DNA from: a virus
Lineage: Duplodnaviria; Heunggongvirae; Uroviricota; Caudoviricetes
Direction: 5' to 3' (one strand)
Virus record (IMG/VR): IMGVR_UViG_2711768001_000005
Length of the DNA stretch: 6,663 bases
The position numbers and the translations under genes were made by a program. The notes under the pieces are model-generated. The model saw only the letters and a program-made list of their open reading frames with translations, was not told the origin of the DNA and made no database searches. Shown here in pieces: positions 1 to 6,169 of this stretch. Every line of letters starts with the position of its first letter. Within the stretch, counting starts at the first letter, position 1.

Positions 1-78
1 CGTCAGCGTCGTCACTCTCGTCTGGGGAATATCTCCCCGGCAGCCTTCAGGGAAAAATATCATCAGATGGCTGCTTAA
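1..78 (+). CDS. IS3-family transposase (OrfB-like), C-terminal fragment, 5' truncated by the window edge
   Basis: Open frame from base 1 to TAA at 76-78; translation RQRRHSRLGNISPAAFREKYHQMAA matches the HSxLGxxSPxxF C-terminal pattern of rve-domain transposases (recalled, not searched). Confidence 0.55.
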   Translation, partial: RQRRHSRLGNISPAAFREKYHQMAA

Positions 79-121
79 AAAAAGAACAAATGGTAGTGTC
101 CGCTATTGCCAGTACACCTCA
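1..121 (+). mobile_element. Right end of an IS3-family insertion sequence (partial; element body lies left of the window)
   Basis: Bases 1-121 are the exact reverse complement of 6543-6663. Frame 1 (1-78) reads RQRRHSRLGNISPAAFREKYHQMAA then a stop, which resembles the C-terminal tail of IS3-family OrfB (rve/DDE) transposases. The repeat ends at 121 in CA, the typical IS3-family terminus. Confidence 0.6.
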
Positions 122-525
122 GGATAGCGGTCATGTGATGCCGGTTTCCCGGTAACTCAGCACCGGTATCTGAGTCAACGTTTTCTCTACTGGGTCATTT
201 CCGATACGCCCTGCCTGCTGACAGGCTTTCATCACATCTGAAAATATAGCACCCTGACTGATACTGTAGTACCTAAGGTTCCAGAAACTGTGATGTATCC
301 GGCACAGAAAAGCCCCTCCGGAGAGGGCTGGAGAGTGGCGCTATGTGCCATTGCATGATGCCGGGTGCCTCCCGGTGAATTCAGTACCAGCACCTGAATC
401 CGCGATTATCCCATATACCTACTCGCTGATTGCCCCTCCGCACAGGGGGATTCACCATGCCAGTTTCTTTTAACAAACTCCCCGCAAAACAGACAACTGT
501 CAACCGTCTGAATTGTGAGACATTT

Positions 526-551
526 AAAAAAAAGGCCCGCAAAAGCGAGCC
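526..551 (-). terminator. Rho-independent terminator immediately downstream of the tRNA cluster
   Basis: Minus-strand RNA GGCUCGC-UUUU-GCGGGCC (7-bp stem with one G-U pair, plus-strand 534-551) followed by an 8-U tract (plus-strand A run 526-533). Confidence 0.5.
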
Positions 552-565
552 AGGGAAAATAAGTG

Positions 566-642
566 TGGCGCGTTGTACTGGATTCGAACCAGTGACCGAT
601 TGCTTAGAAGGCAATTGCTCTGTCCGGCTGAGCTAACAACGC
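566..642 (-). tRNA. tRNA-Arg (anticodon UCU)
   Basis: Reverse complement folds as a cloverleaf: acceptor GCGTTGT/ACAACGC, D-stem GCTC/GAGC, anticodon stem ATTGC/GCAAT with loop CTTCTAA (anticodon TCT), T-loop TTCGAAT, discriminator G, encoded CCA. Resembles argU/argO-type rare-codon tRNA. Confidence 0.9.
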
Positions 643-655
643 ATGATGCAGATAA

Positions 656-732
656 TGGACCGCCATCGGGGACTTGAACCCCGCGCAGCCAGCTTCGAAG
701 GCTGGCGCTCTTTCCTGATGAGCTAATGGCGG
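656..732 (-). tRNA. tRNA-Arg (anticodon UCG)
   Basis: Reverse complement: acceptor CCGCCAT/ATGGCGG, D-stem GCTC/GAGC, anticodon stem CCAGC/GCTGG with loop CTTCGAA (anticodon TCG), T-stem CGGGG/CCCCG with loop TTCAAGT, encoded CCA. Unusual C1-G72 pair and U discriminator, but the cloverleaf is complete. Confidence 0.8.
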
Positions 733-739
733 TATGTGA

Positions 740-815
740 TGGTGGCCCTTGCTGGATTTGAACCAGCGACCTGGCGATTATGAGTCGCTCGCTCTCACCA
801 CTGAGCTAAAGGGCC
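740..815 (-). tRNA. tRNA-Ile2 (anticodon CAU, lysidine type; tRNA-Met not excluded)
   Basis: Reverse complement GGCCCTTTAGCTCAGTGGTGAGAGCGAGCGACTCATAATCGCCAGGTCGCTGGTTCAAATCCAGCAAGGGCCACCA: loop CTCATAA gives anticodon CAT; closely resembles E. coli ileX/ileY-type tRNA from memory. Confidence 0.88.
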
Positions 816-855
816 GGGAGCCGCATAATAACGACGCGTAATTAATTCTTCAATA

Positions 856-1914
856 TCATCCGTTCTGGCTGACTAAATCCTGTACTTCCCGAACCGTCTG
901 CTCAAAACGTTCAGTCTCCAGCTCAACGCCAATTGCACGACGCCCGAGCGCCAGTGCCGCTTTCACTGTCGAACCCAACCCCATGAAAAAATCTGCAATC
1001 AGGTCACCCGGACGACTGCTAGCGCTGATTATCTGCTGCAGCATTTCTGCCGGTTTTTCGCACGGATGTTTCCCGGGATAGAACTGCACCGGTTTATGCG
1101 TCCACACATCGGTATACGGCACCTGCACCGTCACGCCAAAATACCGCCGCAGATGTTTATATTCACTCAGCAGCTCCGCATACTGCCGGTTCAGTGAGGT
1201 ATACGTATCCACCAGCTGGTGGTGGAGCTTTTCCAGTTCACCACGCCGATGCTTCTCTTCTGCCACCCGGGCAAACAGCGCCTGTAATTTCAGATAATCG
1301 CTTTCATTCGGCAACTGCCACTGACCGGCACTGAACCAGTGCGACACCATGTTTTTCTTTCCTGTGGCATCTGCAATCTGTTTTGCCGTTATCCCCAGGG
1401 CAGCTCGCGCATCACGAAAGTAAGAAATCAGCGGGGCCATCACATGCTGTTTCAGTGCACTGCCCTTCGCCGCATACCCGGCATCTTTCGGACGATACGG
1501 CCCCTGATAATGTTCCGCGAACAGAATGCGCTCTGTGGCGGGGAAATACGCCCGCAGGCTTTCCTTGTTGCATCCGTTCCAGCGTCCGGACGGCTTCGCC
1601 CAGATAATATGGTTCAGCACACTGAAGCGTTCACGCATCATGATTTCGATATCAGATGCCAGGCGATGACCACAGAACAGGTAAAGACTTCCGGCAGGTT
1701 TCAGCACCCGCCAGAACTGCGCCAGACACTGGTCCAGCCACTTCAGGTAATCATCGTCGCCCTTCCACTGGTTATCCCAGCCCTCAGGCTTCACTTTAAA
1801 GTACGGCGGGTCCGTGACTATCAGGTCAACAGAATTTTCGGGTAACGACCGGATAAATTCCAGGCAGTCGGCGTTGATTAACTCACAACTGGATATTTTT
1901 ACAGTATTAAGCAT
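856..1914 (-). CDS. DNA methyltransferase, beta-class (N6-adenine or N4-cytosine), phage orphan MTase
   Basis: 352-aa ORF; N-terminal motif IV IVTDPPYF (DPPY) and C-terminal motif I DFFMGLGST (FxGxGS), the IV-to-I order typical of beta-class amino-MTases. No restriction endonuclease partner is present in the window. Confidence 0.9.
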   Translation of the reverse strand: MLNTVKISSCELINADCLEFIRSLPENSVDLIVTDPPYFKVKPEGWDNQWKGDDDYLKWLDQCLAQFWRVLKPAGSLYLFCGHRLASDIEIMMRERFSVLNHIIWAKPSGRWNGCNKESLRAYFPATERILFAEHYQGPYRPKDAGYAAKGSALKQHVMAPLISYFRDARAALGITAKQIADATGKKNMVSHWFSAGQWQLPNESDYLKLQALFARVAEEKHRRGELEKLHHQLVDTYTSLNRQYAELLSEYKHLRRYFGVTVQVPYTDVWTHKPVQFYPGKHPCEKPAEMLQQIISASSRPGDLIADFFMGLGSTVKAALALGRRAIGVELETERFEQTVREVQDLVSQNG

Positions 1915-2007
1915 GGATCATTAAGCCTGTCTCTGATAGGCTCATTCTGCTTTTGCGCAAAGCAGTGGGCCTGAGGTTTGCTTGTGAACCCAACGCATGA
2001 GCAGATG

Positions 2008-2036
2008 GCTGGTGGGTGCCCCTAACACCCACCAGC
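2008..2036. promoter_or_regulatory. Perfect 11-bp inverted repeat (GCTGGTGGGTG / CACCCACCAGC) with a 7-nt loop in the leader upstream of the methyltransferase
   Basis: Seen directly: 2008-2018 is the exact reverse complement of 2026-2036. No U-tract follows on the transcribed strand, so it is not a classic intrinsic terminator; it could be an RNA structure or a protein-binding palindrome. Confidence 0.35.
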
Positions 2037-2050
2037 CGCCCATTTACCAC

Positions 2051-2078
2051 AAATAAAAAAGCCTTCACTGCGGAAGGC
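2051..2078 (-). terminator. Intrinsic terminator overlapping the stop codon of the 65-aa ORF, upstream of the methyltransferase
   Basis: Minus-strand RNA GCCUUC-CGCAGU-GAAGGC (plus 2061-2078) followed by UUUUUU (plus A run 2055-2060). Confidence 0.45.
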
Positions 2079-2262
2079 GTCTGTAACAACCGAACTGATA
2101 GTCTGCCAGACCCGCCATAACCAGCTGGGTCAGTATTAACTGGCAGCGTTCGCGTGAAAGGTAAGTATTCTGCGCTATCTCCCCGACTGTCGCCGGTTCG
2201 GTAACGCTTAATTCATTAAACACCACTCTGGCGGTTTCTGTCATATCCTGCTGTTTTAGCAT
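2065..2262 (-). CDS. Small putative helix-turn-helix DNA-binding protein (65 aa)
   Basis: ATG at 2262 preceded by AAGGA about 7 nt upstream; the segment TVGEIAQNTYLSRERCQLILTQL has a helix-turn-helix-like pattern. Lies between tR' and the MTase in the late transcript. Confidence 0.55.
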   Translation of the reverse strand: MLKQQDMTETARVVFNELSVTEPATVGEIAQNTYLSRERCQLILTQLVMAGLADYQFGCYRRLPQ

Positions 2263-2380
2263 GTCTTTTCCTTTTCCGGTTAACGTGACACACCAATAAC
2301 TCTTGTCGAAAAAGCCAGCAAGCTGAAAGACAGGTATTCACCGCCACCAGCGCGTTTACTGTACTGACGCGATTTCAGTC

Positions 2381-2406
2381 ATAAAAAACCCGCTCGGCGG
2401 CGGGTT
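2381..2406 (-). terminator. tR'-like terminator ending the short pR' leader transcript
   Basis: Minus-strand RNA AACCCGC-CGCCGA-GCGGGUU (plus 2387-2406) followed by UUUUAU; lies about 40-60 nt downstream of the predicted pR' start. Confidence 0.55.
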
Positions 2407-2439
2407 GTAGAAACTCTTCTAACGTCAGGCATAAAACGC

Positions 2440-2481
2440 CCATCGTTATAACGAATTTACCACAGATTCCGGAAAAATCAA
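2440..2481 (-). promoter_or_regulatory. Late promoter pR' with the Q-utilisation/pause region
   Basis: Minus-strand TTGATT (-35, plus 2476-2481), 16-nt spacer, TGgTAAATT extended -10 (plus 2454-2461), then CGTTATAACGATGGG. This matches my recollection of lambda pR' (GGGTAAATT-6 nt-AACGATGGG), and it sits directly after the Q stop. Confidence 0.6.
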
Positions 2482-2486
2482 CCTTG

Positions 2487-3308
2487 TTACCTAGTTACCT
2501 TTTTTAACTGCCGCTCAGCCCATGCTTCTTCAATATCAAACCGGGTCACCAGCGCATCATAAAATTTCTTAACTGTTTTTTCCCATGACGCGCGTGTTAT
2601 CTGGTTTGTCACCTCGCATATAGCATTAAATGCCTCCGTTGATGGTAGTCTTTCATAGCCACGACCACCACAACGCTGGCAGTCTCTGATAACAGGCATA
2701 CCACGTTTTACCGACTCTTCACGATGAATGGCGACACCACGCCCACGGCAATCCTTACAGGCGGTGGAAACCTCACCCTTTCCGCCACACTCCGGACAGG
2801 CAACTTTTACCACCTCCCTGACTTTTTTCCATTCTTCCCAGTAAGACGGATACACACCTTTCGTACACTTTGCCCATACCGGCGGCTTACCATCCGGATA
2901 CTGGATCTTGTTTGTAAAAACCTCGCTTTCAATAAATTTTTTTCCGTGACAGCAGGGGCACTGTTTTTTGCTCGCCGCGCTACGGGCATAATCTTCAAAC
3001 GCATACGAAGCCATAATACGCATCACTGCCGGTTTTATTTCTGCCGGGAGTTTTCTTAACGCCGCCACGCGATCACACCGACTGAGTGCATATTCTGTCA
3101 GCAATTCTGTTGCCCGCTCTCTGTCATTCATACTAATGCCCATTTTCCCAAGGAACGCAGAAACCCCCATCTCAGCCCGATTCTGTGTCATGCCCTGCGC
3201 GGCCATCACATCAGTGATACTCAGCGCATCTTTCGACGTTGAGGCCGATGCATCAGTCAGGCCGGGGGATTTTGGGGAGTAGTATTTCGGTAAATCTTCC
3301 AGTTTCAT
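2487..3308 (-). CDS. Q: Late-gene antitermination protein Q (Qin quuQ-like, cysteine-rich)
   Basis: 273-aa ORF with several CxxC pairs (CPCC, CPEC, CKDC, CQRC); position between rusA and a pR'/tR' unit; ATGA overlap with the rusA stop. Confidence 0.8.
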   Translation of the reverse strand: MKLEDLPKYYSPKSPGLTDASASTSKDALSITDVMAAQGMTQNRAEMGVSAFLGKMGISMNDRERATELLTEYALSRCDRVAALRKLPAEIKPAVMRIMASYAFEDYARSAASKKQCPCCHGKKFIESEVFTNKIQYPDGKPPVWAKCTKGVYPSYWEEWKKVREVVKVACPECGGKGEVSTACKDCRGRGVAIHREESVKRGMPVIRDCQRCGGRGYERLPSTEAFNAICEVTNQITRASWEKTVKKFYDALVTRFDIEEAWAERQLKKVTR

Positions 3309-3685
3309 TTTTTGACCTGCCCTTCAAGCATTATGGGATAAATCTTCACCCCCAGACGTCCACCAGATACTGGCTGAGCACGAACGATATTGATTTCATC
3401 AAACTGCTCATCGTCCATTAGCAACCCCGCATGCGTCAGCGCATCCAGCGGCGCTTTCAGAATATTGTCCAGGTCACGGCGGCGCTTATCCGGTGGTTCT
3501 GCAATAATTTTTATTGCCAACCTTCCGGACAGGCTTAATTTCAGCCGCTGCTGGCGAACAATAAGCGCCACTGCCCGGCGATAACGCTCCCCGGCTTTTG
3601 ATACAAAATATGTGCTGCCACGACGACGCCAGTAAGTGTTCACCGTCGGCGGGTAAGGTAAAACAAATTCTATGCGCTCGGTCAT
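3305..3685 (-). CDS. rusA: RusA Holliday-junction resolvase
   Basis: 126 aa; shares the recalled RusA hallmarks LPxPPxxNxYWR, DKRRRDLDN, DALTHAG, DD and GGRL. Confidence 0.92.
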   Translation of the reverse strand: MTERIEFVLPYPPTVNTYWRRRGSTYFVSKAGERYRRAVALIVRQQRLKLSLSGRLAIKIIAEPPDKRRRDLDNILKAPLDALTHAGLLMDDEQFDEINIVRAQPVSGGRLGVKIYPIMLEGQVKK

Positions 3686-4744
3686 TTATGCTTTCCACTT
3701 CAGAACACCCGAATTTCTCGCGTGCATTAAAAAACGAATCAGCAACAACAGCTGACTGCCGTGTTTCTCTTCAAAATCTTTTACTCCGGCATGTAGTTCG
3801 TTACGGCATTTACGGCATAACGGAATAACAAACAAATCATCAGCCTTTGTTCCCATCCCTCCCAGTCCATGACCAATGATGTGATGCGGATCATCTGCCT
3901 GATTGCCACACGTCATGCATTTCTGCGTTTTTACCCAGCGCGTGTATACAGGCATCTCTTCCCGTTGTGATTTCTGGCGCTGGAGATACTGAGCCGGTGA
4001 CTCCGGATCAACGGCAATGCTGACCACCGTCTTTTCCTGTGGTGGGTTCTGTTGCTGGTGGACGTGAGGCAGTAACGCAATATTTTTTGTGCGCTGCTTC
4101 AGTATGCTGGTGGCTGTCTGCTCTCCCGGTATGATGTCGCTTTCACTGTACACAGAGCGAATTTTTTCCGCACGCAACCCCAGCGAACGACGTAATACCG
4201 CTTCCGGTAGCGCGTCCGCCACCTGATTGCGGACCGCCCACCAGGATAATTCAGCCAGAGATAATTCACGCTCCTGCGTACCGCTTATTGCGTGACCGAT
4301 GACGTCAATCATCCATGCTGACAGGTTTTGATGAGCAAGTTGCTCGAGTGATTCGGATGTCTGGTCACGCAGCTGGTTGTCGCAGTGCCAGCACAACACC
4401 ATTGCGCCGGTACCATAACGGTGAATGACGGTTTCGCTGTGATGATAATCGCCGTGTGGCCACTGGCAGGATTTAATATGGCGCAACAGCCAGTCAGACA
4501 ATGCACCAGCACCACCAGCAGCACGAATCACCCGTGCGTTACTGAAAAACGGCAGCAATGTTTTGTCTTCCACCAGCGGCTGGCGAGCGGCAGGAACGAC
4601 CCCGGACGGCAGATTACGCATGCTTTTTGGTTCCGGCTCCACCAGTATTCTGCCGTTATGGAATGCTGACATTGATTCACGGCCTGGCTTAACGATAACC
4701 AGACCGAGTTCCGGTACCAGAACAGGTCGAAGTAATACCCGCAC
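3686..4744 (-). CDS. DUF968-family (YdfU-like) protein with a C-terminal HNH-like zinc-finger motif
   Basis: 352-aa ORF with apparent GTG start at 4744; C-terminal CMTCGNQADDPHHIIGHGLGG...PLCRKCRNELH (CxxC-HH-CxxC-H pattern). Abuts the rusA start (TAA then ATG), as ydfU does next to Q in K-12 Qin. Confidence 0.8.
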   Translation of the reverse strand: MRVLLRPVLVPELGLVIVKPGRESMSAFHNGRILVEPEPKSMRNLPSGVVPAARQPLVEDKTLLPFFSNARVIRAAGGAGALSDWLLRHIKSCQWPHGDYHHSETVIHRYGTGAMVLCWHCDNQLRDQTSESLEQLAHQNLSAWMIDVIGHAISGTQERELSLAELSWWAVRNQVADALPEAVLRRSLGLRAEKIRSVYSESDIIPGEQTATSILKQRTKNIALLPHVHQQQNPPQEKTVVSIAVDPESPAQYLQRQKSQREEMPVYTRWVKTQKCMTCGNQADDPHHIIGHGLGGMGTKADDLFVIPLCRKCRNELHAGVKDFEEKHGSQLLLLIRFLMHARNSGVLKWKA

Positions 4745-4819
4745 ATTACCTCCAGATCCGTTGCTGGAATGTGCGGGACGGACGCGTTGGCCGTTCGGAG
4801 TAAGGGAGCCTGACGGAGA

Positions 4820-5101
4820 TTATCCAGTGACGGTAGTCGAGGCTAAGGGCTTTTTTAACCTCGCATCCGCGCCTGCGGTAACACTGAATGAGCCATTCGG
4901 CCTGTTCTTCAGTGCATGGGGGATGCTGGTACCAATCAGATTTAAATGCGTGAGAGCGCCGCCCGTGCCTGCTGGCAAAGACGGCTGAATTATCAGAATT
5001 GTGTAGTCTGGAAGGCAGTGGCTGACAATAGCGCCATTCTCAACGCGCACAGTATAGAGGCCATCTTCACTAAAAATTTCACGTAATTCTTCGATTTTCA
5101 T
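4820..5101 (-). CDS. Hypothetical protein, probably frameshifted; the true C-terminus likely continues in the -1 frame to 4746
   Basis: ATG at 5101 (the ORF-track start at 5104 is a TTG) with GGAAGGA about 8 nt upstream; reads MKIEELREIFSEDGLYTVRVE.... A second frame is open from about 5040 to a TAA at 4746-4748 that overlaps the DUF968 start, but has no start codon of its own. Confidence 0.45.
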   Translation of the reverse strand: MKIEELREIFSEDGLYTVRVENGAIVSHCLPDYTILIIQPSLPAGTGGALTHLNLIGTSIPHALKNRPNGSFSVTAGADARLKKPLASTTVTG

Positions 5102-5183
5102 CAACAGAATCCTTCCAGATAAATAGCACTCCCCTGTTCGGGGTCCATCCCTCTTCTCCCTGCGCGCTACTTAAGTATTTTTG

Positions 5184-5213
5184 ATTCTATTCCGGCACCA
5201 TCTAAAACTTCAA
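5184..5213 (-). promoter_or_regulatory. Candidate sigma-70 promoter for the gene starting at 5101
   Basis: Minus-strand TTGAAG (plus 5208-5213), 18-nt spacer, TAGAAT (plus 5184-5189), about 80 nt upstream of the ATG. Sequence match only. Confidence 0.25.
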
Positions 5214-5220
5214 ACGCGTT

Positions 5221-5253
5221 GAAAATAAAAACAAAAACCCGCCGAAGCGGGTT
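5221..5253 (-). terminator. Rho-independent terminator with a UUCG tetraloop
   Basis: Minus-strand RNA AACCCGC-UUCG-GCGGGUU (plus 5236-5253) followed by UUUUUGUUUUUAUUUU (plus 5221-5235). Confidence 0.65.
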
Positions 5254-5338
5254 AAGTGTGGGTGCATTGAGGATGCCTGCCCCATCAGAGGTGGCGAGGG
5301 ATTTCTCCCCCGCCTGGTCTCTTACTCCTCAGGTTCGT

Positions 5339-5689
5339 NNNNNNNNNNNNNNNNNNNNNNNNNNNNNNNNNNNNNNNNNNNNNNNNNNNNNNNNNNNNNN
5401 NNNNNNNNNNNNNNNNNNNNNNNNNNNNNNNNNNNNNNNNNNNNNNNNNNNNNNNNNNNNNNNNNNNNNNNNNNNNNNNNNNNNNNNNNNNNNNNNNNNN
5501 NNNNNNNNNNNNNNNNNNNNNNNNNNNNNNNNNNNNNNNNNNNNNNNNNNNNNNNNNNNNNNNNNNNNNNNNNNNNNNNNNNNNNNNNNNNNNNNNNNNN
5601 NNNNNNNNNNNNNNNNNNNNNNNNNNNNNNNNNNNNNNNNNNNNNNNNNNNNNNNNNNNNNNNNNNNNNNNNNNNNNNNTGAGACAGAT
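5339..5689. other. Assembly gap (351 N)
   Basis: Uninterrupted run of n; the true length and content are unknown. Confidence 0.97.
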
Positions 5690-5744
5690 AGCCTCAAGCA
5701 CCCGCTGCAATTCTACTTAACTCTCCTTTTCCCGCAAACCGTTT

Positions 5745-5828
5745 TTATCCCCAGCGGCAAATCGAATACACCACCAGCGCCACCGCCATCGCAATTCCTA
5801 CCGTTGTTAATGCTTCAGGCCAGGTCAT
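5745..5828 (-). CDS. 27-aa hydrophobic peptide ([27 protein letters not shown]), putative single-pass membrane peptide
   Basis: ATG at 5828 overlaps the TGA of the upstream 114-aa ORF (ATGA); GGAGG lies 10 nt upstream; the hydrophobic core of about 17 residues is flanked by W/P and CRWG. Not in the ORF track because it is under the length cutoff. Confidence 0.4.
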   Translation of the reverse strand: MTWPEALTTVGIAMAVALVVYSICRWG

Positions 5829-6169
5829 CGTAAAATATCCTCCACGCTTATCAGTCCGTTCCGCTCCAGATAACTCATCGCCTTATCCGGTAATTTGCAG
5901 TCTGGCTTCGCTTTCCTCAGTTGCCAGGTTAACTGCTTTACCAGCATGGTTAACTCATCGACCAGACGCTGATATCCCACTGGTTTGTATTCATGCAATT
6001 TACCGGCTGGCTCTGCTGCCAGCGATACCAGTGCGATTTCCAGAACAGCAATATCCATCTTATATGTGCGGATGATGTCATGGTCGATTGTGCCCGGTAT
6101 GCACAGTCTCTGTGCTTCAATAGTCTCCTCTGCGTGAGCTATTAACTGCTCTCTGGTAAAAGTCGTCAT
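5825..6169 (-). CDS. Hypothetical protein (114 aa), paralogous over its N-terminal part to the upstream 55-aa protein
   Basis: ORF with ATGA overlap to the upstream gene; shares the MTTxTxE N-terminus and the IAL(V/A)SL(A/E)AEP motif with the 55-aa ORF. Confidence 0.65.
   Translation of the reverse strand: MTTFTREQLIAHAEETIEAQRLCIPGTIDHDIIRTYKMDIAVLEIALVSLAAEPAGKLHEYKPVGYQRLVDELTMLVKQLTWQLRKAKPDCKLPDKAMSYLERNGLISVEDILR

Noticed and set aside
131-232. 33-aa minus-strand ORF (MKACQQAGRIGNDPVEKTLTQIPVLSYRETGIT) between the tRNA terminator and the IS end
   Set aside because: No Shine-Dalgarno, very short, and no recognisable motif; region treated as non-coding.
122-525. Possible stx remnant downstream of the tRNAs
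   Set aside because: No reading frame resembling the StxA or StxB N-terminus as I recall them, and no long ORF at all; only a search can fully exclude a degraded fragment.
381-636. ORFs 381-614 (minus) and 430-636 (plus) next to the tRNA cluster
   Set aside because: Both run across the tRNA-Arg(UCU) gene and its terminator hairpin. The plus-strand one has a possible SD before an internal ATG at 457, but it reads through antisense tRNA sequence, so it is unlikely to be real.
1339-1845. 168-aa plus-strand ORF (and the 74-aa ORF at 1383-1607)
   Set aside because: Lies entirely antisense to the methyltransferase gene, which has clear catalytic motifs; no start context or recognisable motif. Typical shadow ORF.
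2724-3059. Plus-strand 111-aa ORF and minus-strand 65-aa ORF (2807-3004) inside Q
   Set aside because: Nested within or antisense to the Q coding sequence, which carries the conserved Cys pairs.
3390-3828. ORFs 3390-3584 (plus), 3486-3698 (minus), 3598-3828 (plus)
   Set aside because: Overlap rusA or DUF968 in alternative frames or on the opposite strand; the resident genes have strong motif support.
4309-4746. ORFs 4309-4524 (minus), 4385-4669 (plus), 4528-4746 (minus)
   Set aside because: Alternative-frame or antisense ORFs within DUF968; the 4528-4746 ORF uses the ATG at 4746, but only the DUF968 frame continues for 352 codons.
4563-4988. 141-aa plus-strand ORF
   Set aside because: Antisense to the DUF968 start and the upstream minus-strand gene; composition (Gly/Arg/Thr/Pro-rich) is typical of out-of-frame or antisense translation of GC-rich coding DNA.
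5219-5833. 204-aa plus-strand ORF spanning the N-run
   Set aside because: Exists only because the Ns are translated as X; it also runs antisense through a terminator and the 27-aa ORF.
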